This document shows, one piece after another, positions 14,172-28,796 of a DNA stretch of 64,000 nt. How positions within the stretch are numbered: position 1 is the stretch's first letter; every line of letters begins with the position of its first letter. The stretch covers positions 54,684,001 to 54,748,000 of the forward strand of contig OZ024747.1 in NCBI GenBank assembly GCA_964016885.1. The letters are read 5' to 3'. The position numbers and the translations under genes are program-made. The stretch is from Eledone cirrhosa (taxonomy: Eukaryota). Under the pieces are notes generated by a model. The model was not told the DNA's origin, ran no database searches, and saw only the letters and a program-made list of their open reading frames with translations.

Positions 14172-14216
14172 TATGGAACTTTTTTAAACATCTTTTAATT
14201 TCTTCTTATATATATA

Positions 14217-14512
14217 GAAAAAAGATGAAATCGAAAATGCAACTGGAGTCTTATTTTTTTTTAAAATATATATATTTATTTGGTTCCTTTACCGGTTTCG
14301 CAGTTCTTCTGGAGAAAAACCACAGACCCTCCATCTCAACTCACCTTTTGAAAAGCAGAAGAACTGCGAAACTGGTAAAGGAACCAAATAAATATATATA
14401 TTTTTAAAAAAAATAAGACTCCAGTTGCATTTTCGATTTCATCTCTTTTTCTTTATACTTTCACTCGTGTAGGACACCTCGGTTATTTTTCATTTTGTAA
14501 AAAAACCCTCAC

Positions 14513-14520
<8 letters not shown>
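14217..14520. mobile_element. Second fold-back element (~95 bp arms at 14217-14311 and 14356-14451), Penelope-like terminus
   Basis: Arms are reverse complements; contains an HHR variant; TA-rich at both ends. Confidence 0.7.
14344..14381 (+). ncRNA. Minimal hammerhead ribozyme with U3-A8 core variant
   Basis: cctt-TTGAAAA-gcag/aagaa/ctgc-GAAA-ctgg-TA-aagg; the mirrored arm gives a palindromic stem III ACCGGT; GUA cleavage triplet. Confidence 0.6.
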
Positions 14521-14545
<25 letters not shown>

Positions 14546-14742
14546 GTAATAATAATAAATTTGAAGACGAAAATCCAAAGAGGGCTCGATAAGGATAAAT
14601 ATATATCAAATATATAAGAACGGTTGCAACGTTTTTTGAAATATCCAGTTCTGCGTTTACAGATTGACTTTGCTAGTTTCAGAAGATCCCGTTAAGGGTG
14701 AAAGCAGCGATTCTTTGCTTAAACTTAAATCTGTTATTTTAA

Positions 14743-14780
<38 letters not shown>

Positions 14781-15299
14781 TGTGTGTGTGTGCGAGTGTA
14801 TGTGTATGTATGTATATGTATATTAGGCATACACACAGAGGATATGTGTGTGTATGCACGTGTACATGTTGGAGTGGATGTGCTTGTTTGCACGTGCTTC
14901 AGTACGAGACTTCACCAGAGACCTAACTTCATATTTATGGTTTCATGTAAATTGAATCTTTGAAATCGTGGTTAATGTAACGTACAATACTCTCAATGAC
15001 CAAAAAGACAAATAAGTATTTGTTGAGAACATCGCTTTGGGATTAATGCGCTAACACATACACACACACATACAAAGACGCACACACAAGCGCACTGATT
15101 TGTGCACCTATATACACAACAGAAAACAACAAAACAAAAACCTGTGTCTATATATCTATAATATACTCTATCGATTTATATAAGTATATATACATATGTA
15201 TATGTGTCTGTGTGTCTGCGCATGTGAGTGTGTGTATGTATATATATAAGCATATATAGATATACATACATACATGCATACACACATGCATACATACAT

Positions 15300-16140
<841 letters not shown>

Positions 16141-16998
16141 CACAGAAATATCTAGGCATATATTAATATATGGGAATCACATACATATATATATATATAT
16201 TTGTGTATATATACATATGTGTGTGCGTGTGTGCGTGTGTGTGTTGGTGTGTGTGTGTATGTGTGTGTGAACGTATATACGTGAGCGTCCCCAAGCATGT
16301 GTGTATCAGAAAACCGTACATAGCTTGTGGTGAAGGGTCGACGTATTCGAAATAATTCTCATATGAATACAATAAAACAGCAACAACAACAGCAACAACA
16401 ACAACAACAATGCGTACACCGCCAACTACATCCACCACTAAATACCCTCCTCCCCTCCTCATCATGGCATATAATTCTATTGATTTCTAATCTAACTTTT
16501 AGATTTTCCATCCCATTCCCCACTGACAACATCTTAACGGTTCCTTTATTCTCTAATTCTCTAATTCTCTTATTCTCTTATTCTTCTTACGAAAGATTTT
16601 ATATAGATTTATTTTATTGTTATTATGTTTTGTTTTTTATTTACATCGTTTAATGTTGTAAAATAACAATGTTATTTCCATCGCCGTTGATTGTTTCATG
16701 AAATAATTGTTGTTTATTTGTGTGGTCTTTGTTTTTGTTCGCAATCTTCTTCTTCTTCTTCTTCTTCTTCTTCTTCTTCTTCTTCTTCTTCTTCTTCTTC
16801 TTCTTCTTCTTCTTCTATCATTATTATTAATGTTGTTAATATTATAAAGCCCAAGTATGTGTTTATTTGTTTAAATGTATTTTTTTCTCTTACTGTGGGG
16901 GTCGGGTGTGGAGGGCTTCTTTGCAGTATTATGTAAAGATGCTCAAATAGTAATCAGATTAATCTCTGTACACACACACACGCACACACATACACACA

Positions 16999-17064
<66 letters not shown>

Positions 17065-17247
17065 CATGTATATATATAAAACTCCAAATCTTCTACATAT
17101 CCTGTTAAGATATTTGGAGTTTGATAAAAGCCAAATATATGAGTCGGCCAATATTTTGCTTATTCGCTTTTCATTTTTTATTATTTCTCTATTTCCTCCA
17201 AGAGAATACAACAGATGAGGCATGGCGTTATTTAAAATAAATCTGCA

Positions 17248-17291
<44 letters not shown>

Positions 17292-17409
17292 CATATATTA
17301 TATATATATAACATAATATATATATATATATATATATAACATATATATATATATATAACATATATATATATATATATATATATAACATATATTATATATA
17401 TATAACATA

Positions 17410-17447
<38 letters not shown>

Positions 17448-17503
17448 ATATATATATACATACATATATATATATATTTACATACATATATATATATATA
17501 TAT

Positions 17504-17591
<88 letters not shown>

Positions 17592-18160
17592 ATATATATA
17601 TGTATACGTATATATACAAACATATATCTAGAAGTGTCTACTTATGAGTACGGATCATTTTTTAGGTATTTAGGTATTTTCTATGCCTCACTTGTTTCAA
17701 GACGTAATTTTCGCAGTAAACAACAAAACATTGAGAAATAACATCAAAAATTATATAACAAAAAGAACAGCCGCAAAAACACCTACAACAACAACAAAAG
17801 CAACTGATAAAAAACACAAGATGAAACGGAAAGCCACCGAAACCTGTCAGACCAACATTTAGCACATCACAGACAATTGTCTACAGGAAATGAAAGGAAT
17901 AAGTATGTTCCATTGAAAATGGTAGACTCGGAGTATTCTTATGGGAGTCATTAAAGATATTTTACAGTTGTCTTGCTCATTTCATATTTTCCTTTTTGAT
18001 ATTAGCTTTGCTTCTTCGTTACCATTATCCATGTGAGTTAACATAATTACTAGTGTTGTTGTTGATGTTAATATTATTGTCGTTTTTCCTTCTTCTTCTC
18101 TTCGTTGCCGTTGCTGTTGTTCTTTTTGTTGTTATCAATATATCATATATTATTATATCA

Positions 18161-18300
18161 GAGCGGTTCATTGGCGTAATCGTTAGAGCACCAGAGAAAA
18201 TTATTGTGTTATTTTTTCTGGTTTTCTATGTTCTGAGCTCAAAACCACTGAGATCAGCTTTCCCTTTCATCATTCCAAGGTTAATAAGATAAAATACTTA
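18161..18300 (+). mobile_element. SINE family A, old degenerate copy
   Basis: gagcggttcattggcgtaatcgttagagc...ctgagctcaaaacc...tttccctttcatcattccaaggttaataag. Confidence 0.6.
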
Positions 18301-18492
18301 AAATTGAAACAAATATTATCAACATTATTAGTGATGATTGTATGAATATCAACATGATTATTGTTGTTGTTGTTGTTGTTGTTATTGCTGATGATTCACT
18401 AAGTAAACCTTGTTACAATGCAGGTGTATCCAGCGAAACCTCAACCGTCAAGGTTGTCTGCGGTTACCTCAACATGTATGAAACAAATTTTG

Positions 18493-18558
18493 TATTTTAT
18501 CTGATGAAAGCGCACCAAAATTTGCCTTGGTTGCTCTTGAAATATATATAATAAAATA
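18493..18558 (+). ncRNA. Minimal type I hammerhead ribozyme within a ~200 bp Penelope-like terminal repeat (to ~18690)
   Basis: tattttat-CTGATGA-aag.gca.ccaa/ttgg.tgc.ctt-GAAA-tatata-TA-ataaaata. The downstream sequence is shared with the copies at 31751 and 50925. Confidence 0.8.
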
Positions 18559-18762
18559 ATTATGCTTTTATAAATATAGTTTCCATTTATTAATACATTG
18601 AATATTTACTCCAGATTATGTTGAGTGCTTTATATCAGTTATAAAACTTTTAAGCTCGTTGAATCCCAACAAATTAAATATAACTTTTGCATATATATAT
18701 ATATATTTATATGTGTATATATTTATATACACACGCGCACACACACACACACATACACACAT

Positions 18763-18908
<146 letters not shown>

Positions 18909-19072
18909 AATGTAATCTGAGCTTTTCGAATATTAATAACATTCGATTCGTTTGCAATTATGCAAACAAGCCTCATTTTACTGACATGGCCTTAAAAATG
19001 AGGCTTGTTTGCATAATTGCAAACGAATCGAATTATTATTATTAATATAAAAAAAACTCAGATTACAAATAT
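18909..19072. repeat. Inverted repeat (perfect 39 bp arms at 18941-18979 and 18995-19033, imperfect to ~70 bp)
   Basis: Directly visible; fused to the GIY-YIG remnant downstream and to (TA)n upstream. Confidence 0.9.
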
Positions 19073-19109
19073 TGTATTCAGCCATGTAGAGCGAAATATT
19101 TTTAAAATA

Positions 19110-19576
19110 AGCCTACTACCTCCGAAACCCACCTCTAGAGGGGAGCATGGTCAACTGCCACAATAAGGAAGCGTATCCACCCAAAAACAAATGCCTCGTG
19201 AATAACATCGTATATAAATGCTATGTCTAACGGATTGACAACAACAAAAATATATATATTGGAATGAGATCCAACAAATTTAAGGCCAACAACCACTCGT
19301 TCAGAAGACCGGACAAATCCAACCAAACAACATTCACCCCATATGTCTGGACCTCAAGAGGACCTATTTCCCCTTCACGCTCAAATAGAAATTACTCCAA
19401 AGAGCAAATTCATACATTGGAAGACATAAGTGTTGCGACCTTTGTATTTCGGAGACTATGAAATACTATTTCCCAAGGGCCCGACACTAAACAAACTCTT
19501 TGAACACTCGCCGCATTGCATGAACAAGCGCCATGCAGCGTATAAATCCTACAAACCAGTTCTGCCCCCAGAATGA
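19110..19576 (+). pseudogene. Penelope-like retroelement GIY-YIG endonuclease domain remnant
   Basis: Manual translation across stops and frameshifts gives NCHNKEAYPPKNKCLVNNIVYKCYV*RIDNNKNIYIGMRSNKFKANNHSFRRPDKSNQTTFTPYVW / PFTLK*KLLQRANSYIGRHKCCDLCISETM / TLNKLFEHSPHCMNKRH. This fits the C-terminal endonuclease pattern of Penelope-like elements (CNC..C..IVY..YIG..FK..NH..SF..W..CxLC..E..LNK..C). Confidence 0.8.
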
Positions 19577-20358
19577 TAGTTACAAAAAAGCACCTCACTC
19601 GACTTATTATCATCTATTTCATGTATATATATGTATATGTACGTATGTATATATTTGTTTACACCTATATGTGTCTATATTGAGAAGATACAGGGGATAT
19701 TGTGTTTTCTACCAAATAAATATTCTTAAGAAGAATGTGTACATATATGTATATACGTATGTCTGTGTATGTGTGTGTATATATATATATATACAGTATA
19801 TATATATACACACATACACAGACATATACAGTATATATATATATACATGTGTGTGTATATATATGTATGTATATGTATATATATATATATATGGGGGGGG
19901 GGGTAAACACCTGACCATTTTGCGGACTTCACCATGCTTTAACACAGCATGTTAATACAGCCACTTAATGAAAACCCTTTGGATAAATTAACCTCGTCCC
20001 TGCATTTGTATCCTTCTCTATCACTTTATATTTTTCTCTAAATATAGTTTTTTCAAAGAATCCTCATTCTTTAAATCCATCAGCCAATGAACTCAACCCA
20101 TCCCAAACACCACCTTCTCCTACCATCAGAAAATGTATAAATAACACCATTACACATTGACAGTCGGCTTTCCTGATGATTTCCTTCAAATGAGACAGTT
20201 CTAGTCCTGTAGAAGCCATTTCTATATTAAAGAATATATTCTCTGCTATGTATTGAGTACCTTACTTACTGTTGTTACAGCTCATTGAACCCGGAATACA
20301 CATCTAATTATATATGTGTATTCGCGTGTTTGTATATATGTGTATTCCGAGTGTTTGT

Positions 20359-20407
<49 letters not shown>

Positions 20408-20439
20408 TAGATATAGATATATATATATGTGTGTATATA

Positions 20440-20976
20440 CAGGGTGGAGCAGAAAGGTTGCCCCGATTTCAAAGGTTAATAAAAAAACAAACACATGATC
20501 ATAAGGGGAAAACTTTGTATTACATGCCATTGTGGTTTAAGTGGCAGATGCGTGTTTTCGTGCGGAACGTTTGGGAGACTGCTGTATTGAAGCTGCCACA
20601 GCTGCTACACTTTCTGGCCCTGTAGCGGTCCTAGGATGGTCAGGACTTTTCTTTTTTAAAGCCGATGATATTTGTCTAAAGTTAGAAACCCACAGACGAA
20701 TTGTTTTCCCAGCAGGTACGGTATCATGACGACAAAGCACAGAGTGTCTTCGGAAGGAACGCTGCGTCGTTACGACGGACTCACCGTTTTTAAGAAACTC
20801 TTCCACTACAAATGCAACATGATCTCCACTCCAGGCCATGGTAGGGTACTACCTGAAACAGAAAATTAATGGCATGTAACCTACTTATTATAAATACTAA
20901 GTTTTTTCTTTTAGTATCATGTTTTTTTTTTTTTTATTAACCTTTGAAATCGGTACAACCTTTCTGCCCCAACCTG
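20440..20976 (-). mobile_element. Internally deleted Tc1/mariner DNA transposon
   Basis: Terminal inverted repeats CAGG(G/T)TGG(A/G)GCAGAAAGGTTG..CCGATTTCAAAGGTTAATAAAAAA, TA dinucleotide on both flanks, inner inverted motif AATGGCATGTAA. Confidence 0.9.
20537..20839 (-). pseudogene. Truncated Tc1/mariner transposase, N-terminal HTH (DUF4817-like) region only
   Basis: MAWSGDHVAFVVEEFLKNGESVVTTQRSFRRH...PAGKTIRLWVSNFRQ...KSPDHPRTA...SIQQSPKRSARKHA; GRPR-like linker; no DDE/D catalytic domain; lies between the terminal inverted repeats. Confidence 0.8.
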
Positions 20977-21039
<63 letters not shown>

Positions 21040-21137
21040 TATATAACAAAAATGTGTACAAATATAAACCGTCTCTCTTATTCATGATGTATATATGTGT
21101 GTGTGTCTGTGTGTATGTGTGTATGCCCAGACTTTAC

Positions 21138-21212
21138 CTTCCGAGTTCAAATTCTTTCCTAGTCGACTTTGTCTTCGATCCGTCCAGTGACGATTTAACA
21201 CTAAATACCTTG
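21138..21212 (+). mobile_element. SINE family A fragment
   Basis: gagttcaaattc...gtcgactttgtcttcgatcc resembles the B-box and core. Confidence 0.5.
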
Positions 21213-22403
21213 TTTGCTATTGCTGGAAATAATATTTTTTTGGTGCAGGGAATACTAGAATCTATAGAGCGAGCGATAAGAAAATGTATTTTGGTGTAAT
21301 CAATCGTGTGCTTCATTAACTTGAAGAGTATCGTGAATGCAGGCGAGGTCTCTGTAGGTTTAACGAATGAGAAAGTTTGGTAGAAAACCTCGGAAACCTG
21401 TTCACACGTGTCTCACCCTTTGGCAGGTAGCGACTGATAATCCTGAACATTCCAATTTGGACACGGTAAAAAATTTATACGGATCGTATAAGTGTTCTGT
21501 CGCACAGAACAGATAGTGATAGCGTAGTTTGTCACCAATTTACAATGCTGCTATACACTGAGCCCAATGTATTGCACCAGGCTTTAGCAAAGAAGTTGCC
21601 GCTTTTTATCAATGGCTTGATGGACGAATTGCAGTTATGCGCAAACCTGGACAAATGATTTCGTTTGTACTTTTGCATTTACAAATAGGTTAATAAACTT
21701 GAAATACCCTGAAATATCATATAAAAACTGGATTAGAAAAACATTACTTTGTTTTGTTTTATTTTTGTCATGCTCTGCCCTATATGTATATTTCTACCCC
21801 ATTGTATCGCCATTCTGAAATACTTATTCATTATACTACTTACCTCACATTGCTTCATATTAACTATGCTAATTGATATATACATACTTACACACACAGA
21901 AACACATACTCATATATATATATATTGGAGAATATGTGTGTGTTGAATGCATACGCTGGTCACACACATACGCACAGATTTCTTTATATGTATATATATA
22001 TATATTGGTAAATGTACAGTGTGCAGGAGTGTACTTCATTGCGAAAATAATTTATATAAAGAAGAGATTTGTTCTGGTCTGTCTTACAGTAATTACTAAA
22101 TATTTATTGGCCCCTGATGAGTTTGTTTTGGCAGCCAAGACAACCATCTTTGTTTTCCACCCTAACCTTACACTTCTGCCAAGCTATAACAAATATATTC
22201 TACAACCTCCCTATATCCGTTCATTGCATAGGATCCAATATGTTTAGTACTGACCCTCTCGTTATACTATTTTACTTGGCGTTGAATTGTTCTCTCTCTC
22301 TCTCTCCCTTATTCTCACACTGTGTCTCTCTGGTTGTATATATATACAAACATATGTATCTATACACCCACACACACGCACAGACACACACACACACACG
22401 TAT

Positions 22404-22466
<63 letters not shown>

Positions 22467-22642
22467 AGATACTATTTATAGTTATGTATATACTATACTA
22501 TAAATAACTATAAACAGGAAACGTCAGTAATGTACTACTACCTTATTACCAGTAAGAGAAGTAGCTCAATGTAAGAACATCAGGCGTTTTATAGAGCAGG
22601 AATATAAATTAAATGATTTGAACATAACTTTGATACTTGTGG

Positions 22643-22733
<91 letters not shown>

Positions 22734-23359
22734 CTCGATTTAGAGATTTATGTGAATATCACAACGAAGCAATGTGAAATCAGTTTTTGCAGGAACATCA
22801 TATCCCCGTGCATTAAGGAGAGTACTCAACACTACAGAGTTAGATATGCAACGTTAAAAATGTTGATGAAGGAGACAAAATGAAGTACGGTAGTTACTTA
22901 ATGTATTGTATTACAATCGTTTCAGAGAGAAAACCTATCGACAAGAGAGCCAGTAGATTGCATAAATGTATGTCCAAATTATTAGTTCCAAATATGTCTA
23001 TTCATTCTAATGTCTATCACCAGACAAAATATTTTTTTTCTAAGAATCGTTTAGATGTATTTCTGTATGGAGTTGAAAATCTATCATCGATCTCAATATC
23101 GATAATTTTGGTCTATGAAACAATCACAAATATATTGATTAATTAGCATCTTCACTATCTCTTATGCATCTTGTTCTTACCTGTTCCGTAAATTCTATCT
23201 GGTTCTAAAGGTATCTGCCACCAATTATACAGGTCGATACACAATAAAAAAACTAAATACATTTAAACGAAACCTCATCGTATTTATCAATATATACACC
23301 CTGCCTCTGCATCGAGATCTCGTTTTAGTACCACTACTAGTTATTCACTGAATAACTTA

Positions 23360-23410
<51 letters not shown>

Positions 23411-23649
23411 TATCGAGGTGATTTTATACCCTAACACACATTGAATAATCCTGAAAAGGATCTGCTAATTTCCTTATTATTATACTATGATATTTTCTTG
23501 TGGGGTTCTATAGAAAATATCCATGACCTCAGATGTCAGCACACCTATGAATATATTCATATGTATATATGTATATATATTACAAAGAATCGTGACAAAA
23601 CGTCTACGCTCTTTTTGCCGTTTCAAAAGCTAGAATCTGTGTCTAGAAA

Positions 23650-23770
23650 TTGCTGCTTAAACGACAAGAGCTCAGCCTTCGGGTCCCAACTCTTTATAAT
23701 ATGTCCATACTCTACTACCCCAAGTGTCGAGTAATGGTCTAACCAGTTTCACTCACACAGAATCGATCCT
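23650..23770 (+). mobile_element. Dispersed repeat; related copy on the minus strand at ~33270-33365
   Basis: Shared gctgc..aaa..gcaa.agctcagcc.tcggg...ctacta.cccaagtgtcgagta; adjacent to (TA)n. Confidence 0.5.
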
Positions 23771-23782
23771 TATATATATATA

Positions 23783-23979
23783 TAGGAACAAATATGCCCC
23801 GACGGCAGAGCTCAAGCCGTTTCGACGGCTATTTCTGGACTAAATTATAATTTTTCAAGAAACGGCTTGAGCTCTGCCGTCGGGGTCATACTTGTTTCCT
23901 ATTACCCAATCTACTACCCTATGTATTGATTACTCTGGTCCGTTATGGTCCATCTGGTTCCTTACCACAACTCCTTCGT

Positions 23980-23980
<1 letters not shown>
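23783..23980 (+). mobile_element. Fold-back element family B (copy 1)
   Basis: ~41 bp inverted repeat at 23783-23823 / 23859-23901, then a shared tail cctattaccca.tctactaccct...gttatggtcca.ctggt..cttacc; (TA)n on both sides. Confidence 0.75.
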
Positions 23981-24037
<57 letters not shown>

Positions 24038-24584
24038 AGTGTGGTAACCCCCGATTGAACCCGTTCGTTCAAATATTTCATAAGGCAAAGGGATGTTCAC
24101 ACATCTAGTTACTGGATTAACATCTTCTTGAAAACGGATGATGGAGGTTAAAGACCTTCTGTACAATATTTAGTTCATTCACTAAGCACCCGCCCAAGAG
24201 GTGTAGAATTCTATTCCCCCGTCGCATTTGTGAAGGGGTATTTGACACAATTTTAATTATACAGATCAGTTACTTTTGTAGTCATTAACGTTGCAACGGC
24301 TGCATTGAACATTTTACACCACACACACCAACACACACACACACACACAGACACACACACACACACACATATATATATAAATAAATATATATATATACAT
24401 GTATAATATATATATTTGAGTGTGTGTCAGTTGGTGTGTTTCAGGCTAGATGTCTACAGAGTGTTTAACACACCTAGTAATGTCTCCTTTTAGGTAACAT
24501 GCCAGTACATGCTTACCTAATACACACGTTTATATCATTCGGAGAGTTGTTTATACACGCAGGCGGGTGCATATATATATATAT

Positions 24585-24735
<151 letters not shown>

Positions 24736-24836
24736 TAAGACAATTTTGAAGAAGAAGCATCGTGAAACTTTCAAATATACAGCTGAAGTATGTGACAAAT
24801 AATAATAATAATAATCATGACAACAAGGACTTTGAA

Positions 24837-24897
<61 letters not shown>

Positions 24898-25597
24898 TGG
24901 ATGATGGACACTGATGAGGATGATAACGATGAGGTTATGGTGGTGGTAGATGGTAAATTTAATAACGATGAGGCAATTAATGAAGATGATAGCGTGTTGT
25001 TTGGTGTTGTTTGCGTATGTGGTATTAGCCTAGCGTTAAAGTTGGTTGGGGTAAAACTGGGAAGAGTTGTCTGAAATAAGTATATAAATGTAATAAATAA
25101 ATATAGGAAAAGATAAAAAAAAAGTAATGATTGAAAATTAATCTTAAAAGGTCAATTGTTTCTATGAACCTTCTGTTTAAAAGCTGGCATAGATCAAATG
25201 ATATTTGATTATCGATCTTATTTCTAAAAGCTGAAGAATTCTCACAAGAACTCTGTATTCACATATCATATTACATGGTTATTTTGCTGCAGGTATTACT
25301 TGGAATCAACTTGACCTTTATTTTGGTAACAGTTCTACAAATTGTCTGCCAATATACTATCAAGTGAGTATATTTGGACACTTCTGATGCTGCTGCTGCT
25401 GCTGTTGTTGTTTCTGCTCACGTTAATGATGATGACGGCTTTTATTAATGTTGTTATTATTGCTGCTGCTACTGTTGTGGTGTTATTTTTGATAATGATG
25501 ATAGAAAGTGGTAGTTTTGGTGTTGGTCCCGATGTCTTGGTTTTTGTTGTTGTTGCTGCTGATGTTGACGAGGCCGATGGTTGTTGTGTATATACAG

Positions 25598-25642
<45 letters not shown>

Positions 25643-25955
25643 CACATATATATATACACTATATATATATATATATATATATTAATGCTTTTGTTACAGT
25701 TGTTGTTGGAACTGGTGCCAGGGCAACTGCAGTGTTTTTGTTCATGCTGTTACTATTGTCGCTGTTGTTGTTGTTGTTGTTGATGACGATGATGATGATA
25801 TTGTTGCTATGCTTTCAATAAGTCTCGTATTTCCTTTTGAAATTAACACATTTAGCATTTACTTAACGTCTGCGTTGGTGGTCAGACCTACCATAGCAGT
25901 GCTTGACCACTGGGGTGGAGGGGAGGGAATATAAACTGACAAAGATGTACACATG

Positions 25956-26032
<77 letters not shown>

Positions 26033-26052
26033 ATAGAAATACAATACATACA

Positions 26053-26117
<65 letters not shown>

Positions 26118-26281
26118 TCATGTAACATATTAGAGATTATGTGTATATATCTGCATGTGTATATATCTGCATGTGTATATATGTGCATGTGTACATGTAT
26201 ATTTATATACATACGTATATATATATACATTATATATATATTTGTATATATATGTATATATATATACATATGTATATATAT

Positions 26282-26313
<32 letters not shown>

Positions 26314-26342
26314 CATATATATAGGTATTGAAGTTATTATAC

Positions 26343-26448
<106 letters not shown>

Positions 26449-26787
26449 TGTGCGTGTGTGTGTGTGTGTGTGTGTGAGTTTGTGTGTGTGTTTCGCCAAT
26501 GTGTCAGAAAAAGAATTCATTAAGTGCGTGAAATCGAAATGGAAAATCTATTACGTTTGAGATTTATTTCGCTTTATTTGCTTATTTGAATTTTCCTTGT
26601 GGCTTTGTTTTTTTCGGTTATTGATATCAATCAGGTATTGATAGTGAGAGATATTATCGATCACTGATCAAGAAATATAGCGTCTCGATCAATCATACAT
26701 CATTTAAAATTCCCTCTTTCCTTGGTTCTCATGCGAAAACAATATAACTGCACGATAAATTTTATCTTTTTTGTCTCGATTCCGCTA

Positions 26788-26889
<102 letters not shown>

Positions 26890-27074
26890 CACATATATAT
26901 ATATATATGTGTGTGTGTGTTTGTGTATATGTATGTATGCATGTATGTGTGTATGTCTGTATTTATGTAACTAAGTATGTGTATGTATGTATGTATGTAA
27001 ATTGAAACGTGCAGAGTTGTTAATAAACTGATTTGAAGTATCATCTTCGGTTGTCATCTGATTTAAATTGCGTG

Positions 27075-27311
<237 letters not shown>

Positions 27312-27315
27312 ATAT

Positions 27316-27459
<144 letters not shown>

Positions 27460-27709
27460 GCGTGTGGTGTGTGTGAGAGTGTGAGTGTGTGTTTACATAT
27501 AAGTGTATGCACTTGTGTGTTTATGAGTTTCTGTGTATTTTTATTATCTACTGTTGATTTCTTATAAGTGTTTGATATTTCGTGCTTGATCTGAGATTGG
27601 TTTCTGACGGGATTATTAGCTACCTTTTATTTATTAGCAAAACATAATTAGGCTGGGTGTTTCTTTAGCTATTTATCATAGCAATACCTTTTCTCTTTTA
27701 TATAGAAAG

Positions 27710-27982
27710 GACCTTGGTCGGTTTAGACTATGACTTCCAAGTTGGAACGAGCTGTTTGTGAAATTAACTTACAAGTGGTTGTTCATTACTTAGACAATTG
27801 CCTACCAAATGTAAGGCTGCCTGAGATTCAGCGAGTCACTGCGTGACAAGATTTTGTCTTTGGATAAGAGTTACAACTCATTCTGGTGCCACGTGCAACA
27901 CAATTTCCTGCTCATGGTCACAACGTACCTCGTGGAATCAAACTATTGATCTTATAATTGTGAGACTAAAACTCTAATCATT
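27710..27982 (-). mobile_element. Second, older SINE-like family (degenerate); related pieces at 37510-37745 and 51790-51940
   Basis: Mutual similarity among the three copies (gaaattaac, tgacaag, ca.ctcatt, ca.ctgag.ggactg) and a reverse B-box-like ggaatcaaact; alignment by eye only. Confidence 0.45.
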
Positions 27983-28463
27983 ATTGTGTGAATTCTGATA
28001 CTATTTTCACTGGGTTATTTTCTAATGCGTAAACTGTGTTGCAACTGTTTTTACCTATAGAATTTTCATAATATTTTAGCGTGGTCATGTTTTTATTACG
28101 TGATTTTTTTTGTTTGTTATAGAATCATGTTGTGAGGACATATTTCTTACTGTACGTTAGTGACTAGTAGATCTTCTTAATTCCTCACTGGTAGATTCAT
28201 TGAATTTTTTGTGCCGAGTATTTAGAATAACATGTAGAAAATATCTCTCTAGGACAAAACACTTTCTCTAGTTTGGATGAATCGATTGAAAGCTTCCGAA
28301 GATCCTGTTTAAATGCCAAGAAAAGTAGCAATATTTCCCGATCCGCCGAGCTAACTTTCGGTAAAGATGAATGGGGGTCCGATCACTAACAAAACAACAA
28401 ATAAACAAGCATATCAAAAATGTTACATGAAGCGACATCCAGAAGAATAATGATAATGATGAT

Positions 28464-28796
28464 GATATTGAAAAACATACGACCCGTTTCCACAGGACAT
28501 GCAGTGGAGGGGTTCAACAGGAGTATTGAAACGATGAACAGCTTCTTGTTGCCTTCAGGTCCCTCTACAAATTCACAAGTATTTGTATTCGGATAAGTGG
28601 TGTTAAGTCGAAACCATTAAAGGGGGATGACGGTCTTCGCCAATGCTGTGTACTGCCACCTCTCCTGTTAATAATCTTCGTGGAGAGGATTGACATGTGC
28701 AGACGGGGTAAGGCAGTAGTGCCAAGACCGGGTGCCACCAGGTACAGTTACTTAGAATTTGCAGACCTGGTAGTACTTAATTCATTGGAACGTGAT

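Larger units (their letters stand above)
13892..14214. repeat. Near-perfect palindrome, ~153 bp arms, 16 nt spacer
   Basis: 13892-14044 is the reverse complement of 14061-14214 with very few mismatches. Confidence 0.95.

Noticed and set aside
14675-14720. Possible decayed hammerhead cagaaga-tccc/gggt-GAAA-gcagc
   Set aside because: The core, the first stem II pair and the cleavage triplet all deviate, and no clear stem I is present; too weak to call.
21134-21316. Minus-strand ORF with apparent AG/GT splice sites
   Set aside because: It overlaps a degenerate SINE B-box and core on the plus strand, so the signals are probably fortuitous.
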